Made by a program: the position numbers and the translations under genes. This document shows, one piece after another, positions 37,501-60,617 of a stretch of DNA of 64,000 nt. The notes under the pieces are model-generated. The model did not search any database, had not been told where the DNA came from, and worked only from the letters and a program-made list of their open reading frames with translations. The number at the start of each line of letters is the position of its first letter. The stretch's first letter is position 1. The DNA comes from Trichoplax sp. H2 (Eukaryota), in assembly GCA_003344405.1 (NCBI GenBank), contig NOWV01000015.1, positions 496,001 to 560,000 of the forward strand, written 5' to 3'.

Positions 37501-40500
37501 ATCTCGTTAGAAGATTTTGGTATTTTGGTACAAGTTACAGACCATATTAAAGCACTATGTCCTAGATTACATATGTCTGATATAACTTTAAAACATCCTG
37601 AAAAAAAATTTAAGGAGGGAAATAAAATCAAGTGTAGAGTACGTGATGGATATTAACTTTTCATCCTCGATTTCGACTTACTATAATTTATCAGCAGTAA
37701 CTATTATTTAATTTCATTCGACTTCTTAGGTACTAACGGTAGATGCCAGAAGAAGAAGACTTATCCTGACGCACAAAAAGTCGATGGTTCATTCCTCACA
37801 TGTTGTTATTACGTCATACGAAGAGGCTCAAGAAAATGTTACTGCTCACGGCTTTATAAGCTCTGTCAGAAGTAATGGGTGCTTTATCACATTTTACAAT
37901 AACGTTCGTGGATTTGTCCATAAAAAATACTTAAGGTTGTTATTCTATGGATGGATCATTCTGTCGTCGTAGTTAGCGCTAGCTTTAGCACAACTGGACC
38001 TCCAGTTTCATGGCTTATTCCACATTTCATACTTGTAATTTCTGTCTTTCATATTTAGCACTCAATATATAGAAAATCCAGAAACGGTTTTCTTTGTTGG
38101 CCAAGTAGTTCTAACTTACATTGTATCCGTTGATGCTGTCAATAAGAAACTTAGTCTGTCACTTAAGGTACAGCTGATGAATTTATGTACCATATTCATA
38201 ACTTATAATATTATATAACGTAATTTTGTCATGTTTATGTTAGCCGCCAGCCCTGACTACCAGTACTTCATCAAACTTAAAATTTAACCAGTCCAAGGTA
38301 CCTGAATTTCGATGATTACGATAATGCAAGTTTGATTTACTGCTTGTACATTTACAATAGTAATATAGCATTATTTTCGTAATTTAGGTTGTAGATGTCG
38401 ATCTGTTTCGGGCTACCGCTGAAGGACTGGACGTACTAATGCAGCCATCCGGTTTGGCAGCCAGTGTACCTGTACATCACTTATCAGATTTTCATTCAAA
38501 TTCCCGAGCTCTTGTTAATTATTTTACGTCTCAGCAAAGTGTAAATAAGGATGTAAATACTAGGTTTCTAAAGCAGCTAGTGACCGTTGGGAAAACGAAG
38601 AGTTCTGTTGTAAGTATAAGTTTACAACCGCTATCGTTAGCTCTAATTAAGCGATAAGTATGATACGCACGAATGTGACGCTGATTAGATAAATTACTCT
38701 GTATCAAATGGCGAAAGTAACGATCGATACTGTAATTATTGGACTGAATTTTAACTATTGTTATCGTATTGAATGCAATAGATTGCATCCAGAAAACAGT
38801 CACTTGTTGATGCTGTTCAAAATAAAGGTGTATTGCAAAACTTTGACCAGTTAAAGGTTGGTAGGCTGTAATACGTCGACTGTACTCTACAGTATTTTTA
38901 AATACGAGTTGACAAGTCCAAGTACCGGGAATGTTCTTTCTTCATGTTTCTAAATTCGCTAGATACTGATCTTAGTAAATTAAACAGGTTGGTCTAATTA
39001 TGAATGGATTCATTAAATTAACCATGGATTATGGGTGTTTCGTTGAATTCCCTAATGGCCTTGTAGGCTTAGCTCCAATTGGGGTAATGCTACAGAAATT
39101 AATTTAAAATGTAAAATGTTTTGGTGGAGGATGTTTATTAATTTGCTAATCCTTTCAATACCAGCTACTTTCAGATGGTTTTGTCGACGATATCTCTTCA
39201 TATTATTCAGTTGGAGACTCTGTTATAGCCAAAGTAAAAAAATTTTTAAATACAATAATTTTATACCAACTTTCGATACTGCATGTTATTAAAAGCACTC
39301 GTTCTTTATTCTCCATGAAAAGGTGACAGATATTGAACATGAGCGCAAGCGATTTTTGGTCAGTTTACGACTCTCAGATTATCTAAAAAGCGTTGGAAAA
39401 GATGATGCTAAGATGAACACTTTAAGGATATTCGATCAATATTTAAATGAAAGGAATACTATTATTGAAGCTATGAAGTGTGTATACGGTATGTATAATT
39501 AATGGACTTGTAAATAACTAAAATTATAATTTAAGTTGAACTATTGAAAAACTGTTTAGAATATCTGTAGTAATTATTCAGCACTCATTTATATTTTGAA
39601 TAATCAATCAAGAATTTCCACCTACTGGAATACTTATTGGAGAACTCGTGACGGGCATGGTAGGCACTTTACATGCAGCTATCATTATTATATCGAAAAT
39701 TTTTAAATCATACTGTCTCTTTGATACAGATTGAAGCCATTGATGGAAATCGTGTTACGTTGCTTTTAAAGAAAGGACAGAAAGCGGTTTCTACAATCAG
39801 TTTCGGTAAGTTTATCGTAGTAACATCATGATTATAATTTTTCAACATATTCAGTAATATTTGACTACGGATATTTTTTTACAGATAACGCCGATTTGAA
39901 AGAAAACAGTTCAGTTTCTGCACGAGTTATCGACTTTGATTTGGAAACAAGAACAGTTGTCGTATCATTGCACCCTGATATGGTCAGTTATAGTACCAAG
40001 CAGTTTCACAAAATGCAAAAGCAGGTACTTATTTTTAAATATTATAAATTAATAAGGACTTCAGGGTGGATACTTTTTCCGAAGCTTTGAGGATAGGATG
40101 GGAAATGTTAAGGTGATGTTCAAAATATTTTCTATTTATAGATTAAAGTCCAAACCAATACGGAAGCAATTATCGAATTGGTTACTTGCGATCACATAGT
40201 TTGCAGGCTGCCTAATTATAGGAACATCCTCGCTGTTGCTCCTTCAAGTCAGGTTAGACAGTATTATTTACCTTATCATGCGAAAATCTTATTTCAATTG
40301 ACTATTTTGGAATTTTGTAGTTCTGGAATAATGTAAAAAGTGCACACCGAAGATATTCAATTGGTAATCGATTTACGGCGCACGTAGAGCGGTAATTAGT
40401 AGTTAATTGTTATATGAATATTTTGTCCGTTATGGTTTCATAATATAGCTTATACGTATACTCGTAGAATAAACTAACAACTAAACCGCTTTTGCTGACA

Positions 40501-43500
40501 ACAATTCTAATTTATTTAGAGTAACTATGACAAAGATAGTAGTATCCTTGGTAAAAGATATTCTTGATGATGAGACTTTGCGAGTCTCTATTGGTCAGAT
40601 TTTCAATGCAAAGTAATAATTATTTCTGGTTGTATTGCATTTCATAATTAAATCTTTTTCACCTAAAAATTGTACTAGATAACTATTGTCTCATACACGT
40701 ATGTTAGGGTGGAAGCTATACGGCAATTTTACGTCATGGTAAAATTTGGTTCTTTCTTTGGTACGGTTCATATCACCGAAATAGTTGATGAAATAGAGGT
40801 GATTGAATAAATTAACGTAGATATGATTATAATTATTCAACAAAGCTACATTATAGTGTGATTCAGTTTTTTTACAAAGTGAAATGTTAGCGTTACTAGT
40901 AATTGGAATGTGCTACATAGTTTTACCGTGTAAATATTGTCAATAGGACGGATGTTCTCCACTCGATTCTTTATCAATTGGATGTTCTTTGAAAGTTCGC
41001 GTCATTAATGTTAAAAAGCATAGATCTAAGACGTGAGTATCGAAGAGCCAGTTTTTTTTAATTTTTTCTTTTAAGTTCAAGTAATTTTCTTATAACGCCG
41101 ATCCACCTTTGTGCTATATAGAAAGCATAGTATCAAAATTGAATGCAGCGCAAAACCAAGGTAGTAAACCTTCTAATTCCTAAGCTGTAATCCATTATAT
41201 TACCTAGATAGTAGGTGTTACTCTTTTGTATTATGGCAACACTATCTCATAGTAATGGTCTGTACTTTAGCATATTCTCATTAAGTACTGATGCATTGGA
41301 AGCTAAAGCGAAAGAAGCGGATGAGGATCGTAAGAAACTCATTTTGGAAAGTTATAAGCCAGGCGATAAGCTCGTTGCTTATATTCACTCGGTAATTATT
41401 TGATAATTTACTGAATTAGTAGTTCTTATAGATGCGGAATTTAATTATTTGTGTATTTAATGATTAGATTCGTAGTTTCTGTATCCATGTCTTCATATCG
41501 CGCAATGTTAAAGGCAAAGTATTCGGTCTACACGCTTCAAAAGATGAGAACGTAAGCGTAATATGCTACGATCCTTGAATAGAAAATTTATTTTATATAA
41601 TATGTATCATTGATGGATGCTATGCCATAAATGGTCACCGCTTTTTATTTCGCGATGGACAGTTTATGATTCTAATGTATCACATTTGCAGGTATTGCGT
41701 GATCTGTCAAATCATTTTAAAGTCTGTCAAGGTTACAACTGCTCAGTTCTTAGCAACAGTGACGAAGGTGTTGACTTATCGATTGCTTGTAAGTTACTAT
41801 ATTCATGATATATTTAAACAGTGAATTTTAATAGTAATGAAAATATTACTGAATTGTCATGCATGACTTTTTGTTATTCTTGTTAGATCCGCATGATTAC
41901 AAATTTGATTCTGGCTCTATCATTCCTGGTAGAATTATAAATTTAGTCAGTAAACTCGGTGCAGTCGTGCAATTGCCTTTAAGAAAATGTGGTGTTGCCT
42001 CATTAACTAATATAAGTGATAAATATCAAGAAGACATAACATCTACGTTAAGTGCAAAGCAAATTGTTAGGTAAGACATACTTTCTGGTCAATCCTGTTA
42101 AGGATATAGTTTGTGATGACATTTCTCTGTACGTAATATCTTTAAAGCTTTTGATTGACTAATGGTCTATTGCATTGTCTGTGCCGTAATTGAAGGATTT
42201 TTGATCTTTTATATTATATAAGATCATTAATATAATTGGCTTTAGACTTAAAATAAATTTTTGATTTGTGTCTATACTTTCATAGGTGCTATACATTAAA
42301 ACTTTCGCCTGATTATAAGAAAATTGATGTATCTTTGAGGCCTTCCCGGTATGATTTCCTTCGTAGTTTTACTAATAGGATAGCTTACAACTAATACTTT
42401 GACCTTTTTTTTTTCACTATAGGACGAATAGTGAACTAAATAGTGAAGGTAAATAATTAAATGATAGTGGCAAGTGGCCTTGAATTGCTATTAAATTAGT
42501 AAAATAATACATATATTCACCTTTATGACTAGTTGTGGATAAAGAAATTGAAAGCATCAATGACATTGCTAGCGGACAAATTATTAGGGGTTATATAAAA
42601 GGCGTTTCTAAGAAAGGAGTCTTTGTTGCGTAAGTAGTAAGATCTAGTATATTTTGAAAGCTTATGAAAGATTATTCAGATTTTATGTTTATTAAAGAGC
42701 AATATACACACTTAATTTTTTATTAAGGTTGTCGAGTGCTATCTCTGGTAGGATAAAAATTAAAAATCTTAGTGACAAGTACATCGAAGATTGGATGCCC
42801 AAGTTTAAGGAAGGCATGCTAGTTACTGCTAAAGTTATAAGGTATGATTAATCTTTGAGTCCATAAGGATATGTGATCATAGCTCATACAGTTCTGCTTA
42901 CAACAGTGTTGATCTACAAACCCAACATGTTGAGTTGTCCTTGAAAGAGTCGGTAATAAAAGGAGCCTCCGCAAAAAGTAAGAAATCAATACGTGATTAA
43001 ATGAATTGTGAATTGCAAATCAGTTGTATACGAATGAAGAGATATTATCTGTATTAATTTTATTGATAAAAATATAGATATAAGTGTAGAGGCTCATGGA
43101 GAATCGGTAAATGATGAATCAGATGCCGAATCGATACCTTCAGAAGAAGAAAGTGGAGTAAAGAGAAAACGTTCAATTCCTGACGAATCTAGATTAACGG
43201 TACGTCATTTTTCTGTGCTATTTGGAACGATAATGCTGCAAATTAAGGTAACTTGGATTAAATTTTAATTACACTAGTTATCTTCGGCCTTTCAATGGTC
43301 TTCTGAAGGGGACGCTAGTGGTAATGGTAACCTTAATAATTCAGATTCTACTGATGAAAGTCAAAGCGATTCGGACGATAATGTTGAAGGGGTACGTTTG
43401 CCCGGTGTTATAATATTTTGACCTATTGCAGAGTACTAAAAATTGATATTACTTTGGTGTCTTCGGATTTATTACCGAATATAGTTATCAAAAAATCAAA

Positions 43501-45212
43501 AAAAAAGAAGAAAGCGAGCAAAAGATAAAGCTGAGGAAGCGGAAGTATATCAGGTTATTACATTGTATTCCACCTTATTATCACATCACGGATGGATAAA
43601 TATTAACATATAACTTTCAGGTCTATTTAGTATGTTTCTGTAATTAAATTACCCTAATTCACTTATTGTACATAATTATACAATATGTGTTTAGACCGAA
43701 CTAGCTTTGGTAAATAACGGAAATGCACTGGAAACTCCAGATGATTTTGATCGATTAGTGATAAGTGAGCCAAATAATTCGTCGGGATGGTTACAGTACA
43801 TGGCATATTATCTACAAACCGCAGAAATTGATAAAAGTAGAGACGTAGCTGAACGTGCTTTAAAAACTATATCGTTTAGGTATCAAACTTCGGTTTTAGT
43901 TATTAGCTTAAATTCATAAATGAATTTTTTACCAAATAAAGAATTGCCTTGCATTATTATTAGAGAATCTCAGCATCTCCTTAATATATGGATTGCGATG
44001 ATGAATTTAGAAAATTTATATGGAACGCAAGAAACATTGACAAAAGTTTTCGAGCGAGCGGTACAGCGTAATGATCCTAAAGATGTATTTTTTCACTTAT
44101 CAAGAATTTATATTAGATCAGATAAGCACGAGGTAAGCTAACCTTTACCCTAACCCTAATCCTACCTTGTTATTTAAATTGTACTCTTTGACATAATGTC
44201 TCAATAATGGCTTTGCCATCTTGCTTGTAGTACCAATCGTTGAAGTAACAAACAATTTTGAAAATTAGCTTTCAATTAAATATCACGAAAGAACGTTTAC
44301 GCATATAGTAGCGCACGTAGTGGGTCCTCGGCCGTTGTGTAATAACGATTACCATGTATTGCATAACTTAATAGTTATTTAAGCATGCTGTGTGGCAAGT
44401 ATTTAATGTGTGCTGTTGATATCTGTAATTAGTTCTAATGTATGTAATCTTTTCAGTTAGCAGATAAGCTTTTTCAAAACATGATCAAGCGATTCAACAC
44501 CAGCAAGAAAGTTTGGATTCGGTATGGACAGTTTTTGTTCGAGATTAAGAAATTTGAGGGAGCGCGTAAAATTTTACAGAGGAGTTTGAAAAGCTTGCCA
44601 AAAAGAAAACGTATGTTTAGATATTGTGATACATTATGGTGTTGTAATTATAAGAAGTAGTGTCGAATGTCGCAAGTCTACATTGATCGTTTTTATTTAA
44701 CCATTTTATAGATTTGGATACAATTGTTAAATTTGCTCAGTTTGAATTTAAATATGGAGATCATGCTCGAGGAGCTACTATTTTCGAAAGTGTTTTATCT
44801 AATTACCCTAAACGAACTGACTTATGGTCTGTTTATATTGATATGGTAATCAAAGTTGGTGATATCGAGCAAGTCAGGTAATAAGGAGTTCTGCAATATA
44901 GCGGTTGTGTTATGTAAACTACAAGCAAATGGTAACATAAGTTTACTATTAAGTTTATGTATGTAAAGCTTAGACCATGGTTGATCAAGAGCCAAGTTAC
45001 TAATATTAATTATTTTGAATTTAACTTTGCATTTCCTGAACAGAAAACTATTTGAAAAGGTAGTGAAAATTAACCTTTCGTCGAAAAAGATTAAATTTCT
45101 CTTCAAGAGGTATATGGAATTTGAAAGTAAATATGGTAACGAAGAAAGTGTTGAACATGTAAAACAATTGGCAGTTGATTATGTATCTTCACAACTTGAA
45201 AAAACTGGCTAA
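34529..45212 (+). CDS. PDCD11: rRNA biogenesis protein RRP5 / PDCD11 (tandem S1 domains plus C-terminal HAT/TPR repeats), many short exons
   Basis: Starts [18 protein letters not shown] (Rrp5 FPRGG signature). Multiple S1-like exons follow ([38 protein letters not shown]). The C-terminus has [76 protein letters not shown] and [18 protein letters not shown], ending at TAA 45210-45212. Confidence 0.97.
44138..44167 (+). repeat. Short degenerate (CCCTAA)n telomere-like tract in an RRP5 intron
   Basis: ctaacctttaccctaaccctaatcctacct immediately after the donor site. Confidence 0.55.
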
Positions 45213-45906
45213 ATTGATTTAATGTACCGTGGACTATAATATTGATAGTTTTCGTATTTCTTTTTTTAACGAATAAATCTCAAAGACGTATGACTAGCTC
45301 GAAAAGATTTGAACCAATATTCTTAAGCATCTGTTAATATACGCCATAAATTGCATTTTTGTTTAATTTGCTTAATTAACAACATGATATTTTATCGTTA
45401 TCACATATTCTTTATCAAAACATTGTGTACTCTCGGAATTGATTTATTACATTAGGACAAACTGTCCTGCTGCTGACTACTTGCCTTTAGTATGAGTTCT
45501 TATTATTAAAAATGATTGCGGTGACTATGGGAATTGTGACTACATTATTTGCATTGGTCTACTCAAATAAAAATTAAGGCGTTACTATACGGTATGATAA
45601 TGAATTTCAAACATTATGGTGTTTTGATCGATAATGCCTATCATATGAGCTGTGTATGTATTAAAGATGTCGCATAACATGGCAACAGTGCAACATTATG
45701 ATCAGTTATATAATATCGGAATATACCATTCATTTTAGCATTACAAATAAACAGAAAGAAAGAATAATCAAAACTTTCAATCTATCCGTAAACAACGAAT
45801 CAATGTTATTACGGTATAAAGAACACGAAACAAGCAAATTTAAACTCTTTTTAATTTCTTGGCATCAGTACTGCAGTGCCATAAAATATTAATAACGTCT
45901 AATTTA

Positions 45907-50659
<4,753 letters not shown>

Positions 50660-51002
50660 GATGATGGCGTAGTAGACTATCAATAGCAACGAGACAAGAT
50701 AACTAGAGTCTGCCTTCGAACTCGTGAAATACTTCTTCTTGCCAGCCCCTTTATACTGTCTAGATGGTGTGGCTGGTGGTCAACAGGACTCTACTGTCAC
50801 CAGTATGGACCATTTCCCAACTTTGCATAATCTACGCAGACATTAGTAACTTACTACATCAATTGTAAGCAATCTTGCCCATTTTGGTCAGGTGATGGTC
50901 GCTATCTAAGCTGTTGTCGGTCTCCAAGTGACGGACAAAGAACAAAACAAGACTCGGACAATAGATGAAAAGAAAACATGACAAAGGAAAACCCGATCAT
51001 CT

Positions 51003-51135
51003 TAGTACAGTACTTGTATGGAAGTTACAGTATGTACTGTACTGTACTGTACTGGACACTACAGTACAGTACTGTAGAGTCAGCATCCTTTCCTTGCTAC
51101 AGTACAGTATAGTACTACAGTATACTGTACTGTAT
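51003..51135. repeat. CAGTA/TACTG tract upstream of GOT1
   Basis: gtactgtactgtactgtactgg...acagtacagtactgt...tacagtacagtat. Confidence 0.8.
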
Positions 51136-52211
51136 GCCATGCATGATTTTTTCAAATATAGCATTTAGTATAGTTATCCTGCAAGGTAGTAGTTTGATGA
51201 TGGCCCAAAAATCAGTAGTGTACAATACAGTATATACTATAGAAGCAAGCGGTGGCGCCGGCCAAAAATAATTCTCCTGACAGTGCGATATCGAATTACA
51301 GTCGTAGAGATACTCGTACTATATCTCTACAAACCTAACAGATAGTAAGGGCATCTGTACAGTACTGTACTCAGTGACCGAGTTATGCAGACTTGATGAT
51401 ACAGTACTAGAAGTAATTGGAGGGTGAACAGAAATACAGTAGTAGAATTGATACGTAATACAGGCTTTGAAATCATTGGTACAACAGTACTCCAAAATAA
51501 ACACTAAATACTACGAGTGTCAAAACCAATGTATATGCCGACTAAGTACTTCCACTACTATTACTGTAGTTGAACGAGTAATCGAAAATGGTATCCGATA
51601 TCTGCCTTCAGTAGATCCAGCTGATATTGAGACTATACGTACACCTGCATACTTACTAAGTCCAACAAATATTTCTATACTGGAATACTTATCGGAAGCC
51701 TCTTTAGTCGGGGCAAAATCAGTTGCATGCTTTCAAATATACTCTAATGTCATGATTAACTCATCTCTGACGCTTATTAGCAATGCAATATGACGTATAT
51801 CATACAGCCTCGTCCTTGACGTAAGGCGAATGCAGAATTTCACATTCATAGTTAGAAAGTTATATCTAAAAACCAATTCATTAAACGCTTTCACAAGATA
51901 TACCAACACAGCGCCAAAGCACAATATTGCAGTACCTCCAATTTAAAGGTTCTACAATCCATATTATTAAGCTTTATGTATATCAACACATTTAAAAAAT
52001 CTAAAAAACATAAAGAGATATCTCAGATTCTTGCGGTAACTCACAAAAAAATAAATTACGATGAGCTAACAGCATAACTACTAACGGACGTTATTAATCA
52101 TCTAATATTACAGAGTTACTGCAATTCTTGACTGTAACATTGACTCGAATAACATAAGAATAGAACATATCATGCACTTGCAATGTCCAGTACTTCAAAA
52201 TATCTATTAAG

Positions 52212-58032
<5,821 letters not shown>

Positions 58033-58449
58033 TTTCGATGTTAATTTTTTTCTTTCGTTCAAGAACTTCTACAGCGCCTCCTTGCTTGGACTGGACTCAC
58101 ACACTAGCGAACCGATTTTCTGTTATCAACTACGAATCCTACGTAGAGAGAAAGTCACTGGACAATACACAAGTCGTTGCCTTTATACGCTACTGAATAC
58201 AGTACATGTGTACATCCAAGTCATCGAACCGTACCGTTCTGACTGTCAGCTATCAACCTGCTACAGTGCTACCTGCCTGCCTGCATGTACACAAACTACT
58301 GTACAGTACATAAAGGTGGCCTGATTTTTTAGACGGACATCACCCACGGACAGCACCTCCTGTTGAATTAATTAACTAACTTGAAACAAAGCAACGTTGT
58401 CAGGTTCTATTATTTTACGCGTCTCGCTACGTGCCATTCATTTCCAGCA

Positions 58450-59030
58450 CACTGTACTGTACAGTGTACAGTATCGTACCGTACTGTACTGTACTGTACA
58501 GTAATACTGTACAGTATACAGTACTGTAGTTGTGCACTACAGTACTAGTAATAACTAGTAATTTCTACAAGTCCAGGGTACAGCGTACTGTACATACAGT
58601 ACAGTACAGTACAATACACTACAGTATACTGTACTGTAACTGTATAGTACTGTACTGTACTGTAGTCAAAGATAAAATATTTATTTTACCTTCGCCTCAA
58701 TTTTTTGACCGCGAGGCTTAGTAATGCATGGGACACCATTTTTTTTCAACTCAGGGATATCTCCAGGGCCTTATTGATAAAAGATCTTTTCTCTTCCTCT
58801 ATTACTATCAAAAAGTCCTTGATTGTCTAGGGAAAGACTGGTGGCCGTTGATGCTCTTACAGGCATTGATGAGACAAAAAGATACTGTACTGTACTGTAT
58901 ACTGTACAAAGTACGCATGGGCAATGCCACCAATTGTTTGTACTGTACACTGTACTGTACACATTGCACTGTACGAGATAGTGGCACCTAGACCTGACTG
59001 GCACCAACTTACTGTACTGTACCGTACTGT
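58450..59030. repeat. Dense CAGTA/TACTG tracts upstream of GLUD
   Basis: Blocks at about 58450-58665 and 58882-59030 built from tactg/cagta pentamers in both orientations. Confidence 0.85.
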
Positions 59031-59176
59031 ATATTATTTTGAAATCCAAACCCCTAACGGCCTAGCCTAGGCTAGCATGAACTACCAAATGAATGTTACA
59101 TTGCAGTACTGTATATCGGCCTAGCTTACAGCATTTTAAAATCCAAAAATAATGTAGTTCGCACTACAGTGGTGTG

Positions 59177-59294
59177 CATCGAATTCGATCCCTTCCATTT
59201 TTTCTAGAGTAAAAGCTGTTCAAATTGATAATGTAAGAAATTTCAATTTGAACAGCTTTTACTGTAGAGAAAATGGAACGAATCGAATTGGATG
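59177..59294. repeat. Long inverted repeat (52-bp arms, 14-nt spacer); MITE/foldback-like or hairpin RNA
   Basis: The left arm (59177-59228) matches the reverse complement of 59243-59294 at 47 of 52 positions without gaps. The inner 21 bp are perfect. Confidence 0.9.
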
Positions 59295-60617
59295 TCCTGC
59301 ACATTAAGTGTACAGTTTACTGCACACTACACCAGGGTAGACGTTTTAACGGGACGGACAGGTGAAGGACGTATCTGCAGTGGCGACATCACAGTTTATA
59401 CAGTAAACAGCATCGAAAATTAGCAACGAAATCATTTAATACGGTATAATACATGCTTTGGCCTGATCAACATGCAAGCCAAAATGAGTGCTCTGCGATG
59501 ACTTAGTATGCTCCTTAAACCCCAGCTCTTTCTTTAGCCAATTTACTCTCACTGTATACGTAGTGTACTGTGTAGGCTTACAGCATTCAATAACGTGAAG
59601 ATTGAAGAGAGTAACTGTATACAATAATACTCTTATTGCATTTCATATACTGTACAGTACTTCAATATTTGACCACTGTACAGCATCAAATTCGTCAGGA
59701 CTCTCCACATCGTGCCTACATATATGGTCAGATAAGCAAGAATAAAACGATAGTCTTGCGCCTAGTGTCCAATTTTCGCCGTTTATGATTATGAAGCCCT
59801 TTCCTAAAATCATTCTTATAACCATTCCAGTCATGCGTGATAATATACTCGTATAGCTAATGCATTCATCCATCATGATATTCATACTGAATGTCACAGA
59901 TTACGTCCACGTAGCGCATACGTATTAATATTCAATTTTGCACTTTTTCGTTGAAAAAGTGTGATTTACAACAGTTCTAACGCAATATCAATTGACTGTC
60001 TCATTACAGAATAACAATACCATTTGATTATAAATATTCTTTATAGTCAATGATGTCGGGACAGTAAGAGTACATTCGAACATATATACGAGTAAATATA
60101 TACAATAAATTACATTGCGAAGTCCAACAAAAATGTTACAGCCCGTACAGCCAATGTTGATAGAAATAAGGAGTAAATTAGTCATGATTACGACCAGTCT
60201 CTTTCAAACTATACATTTGATCAACTACTATAGTAGGATTTGTAAGGAAGATGCTGAAACGTAAACTTCGCATGTCGCATTGAAAAGTCTTACTGTACAT
60301 CCTAGCATTCTTAACAAACTACCGGTAAATAGCACCAATCTGTAGGCACTGAGTCATAATCCATACTAACTCATATGGAGATGTTGTCTACTGTTAAGAA
60401 AGCATAAGCCGAAAAGTCAATCATACAGTACAAAATATTTCCTGTAAATATAAGTACATACGTAATACTTATCCTTGCTTACTATTTCATGGGTAAAGGC
60501 ATAAAATACTATGTTACTTATGAAGAGAACAATGTTGTTACCATTCGAATATATTTGTGATAAATACTCTGAAATTTAAAAAGGCGAATATCACAATCTA
60601 AGTATCAGCTAGAAAAC

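Noticed and set aside
42113-42210. GTGATGA C-box-like motif in an RRP5 intron
   Set aside because: There is no suitably placed CTGA D box or terminal stem.
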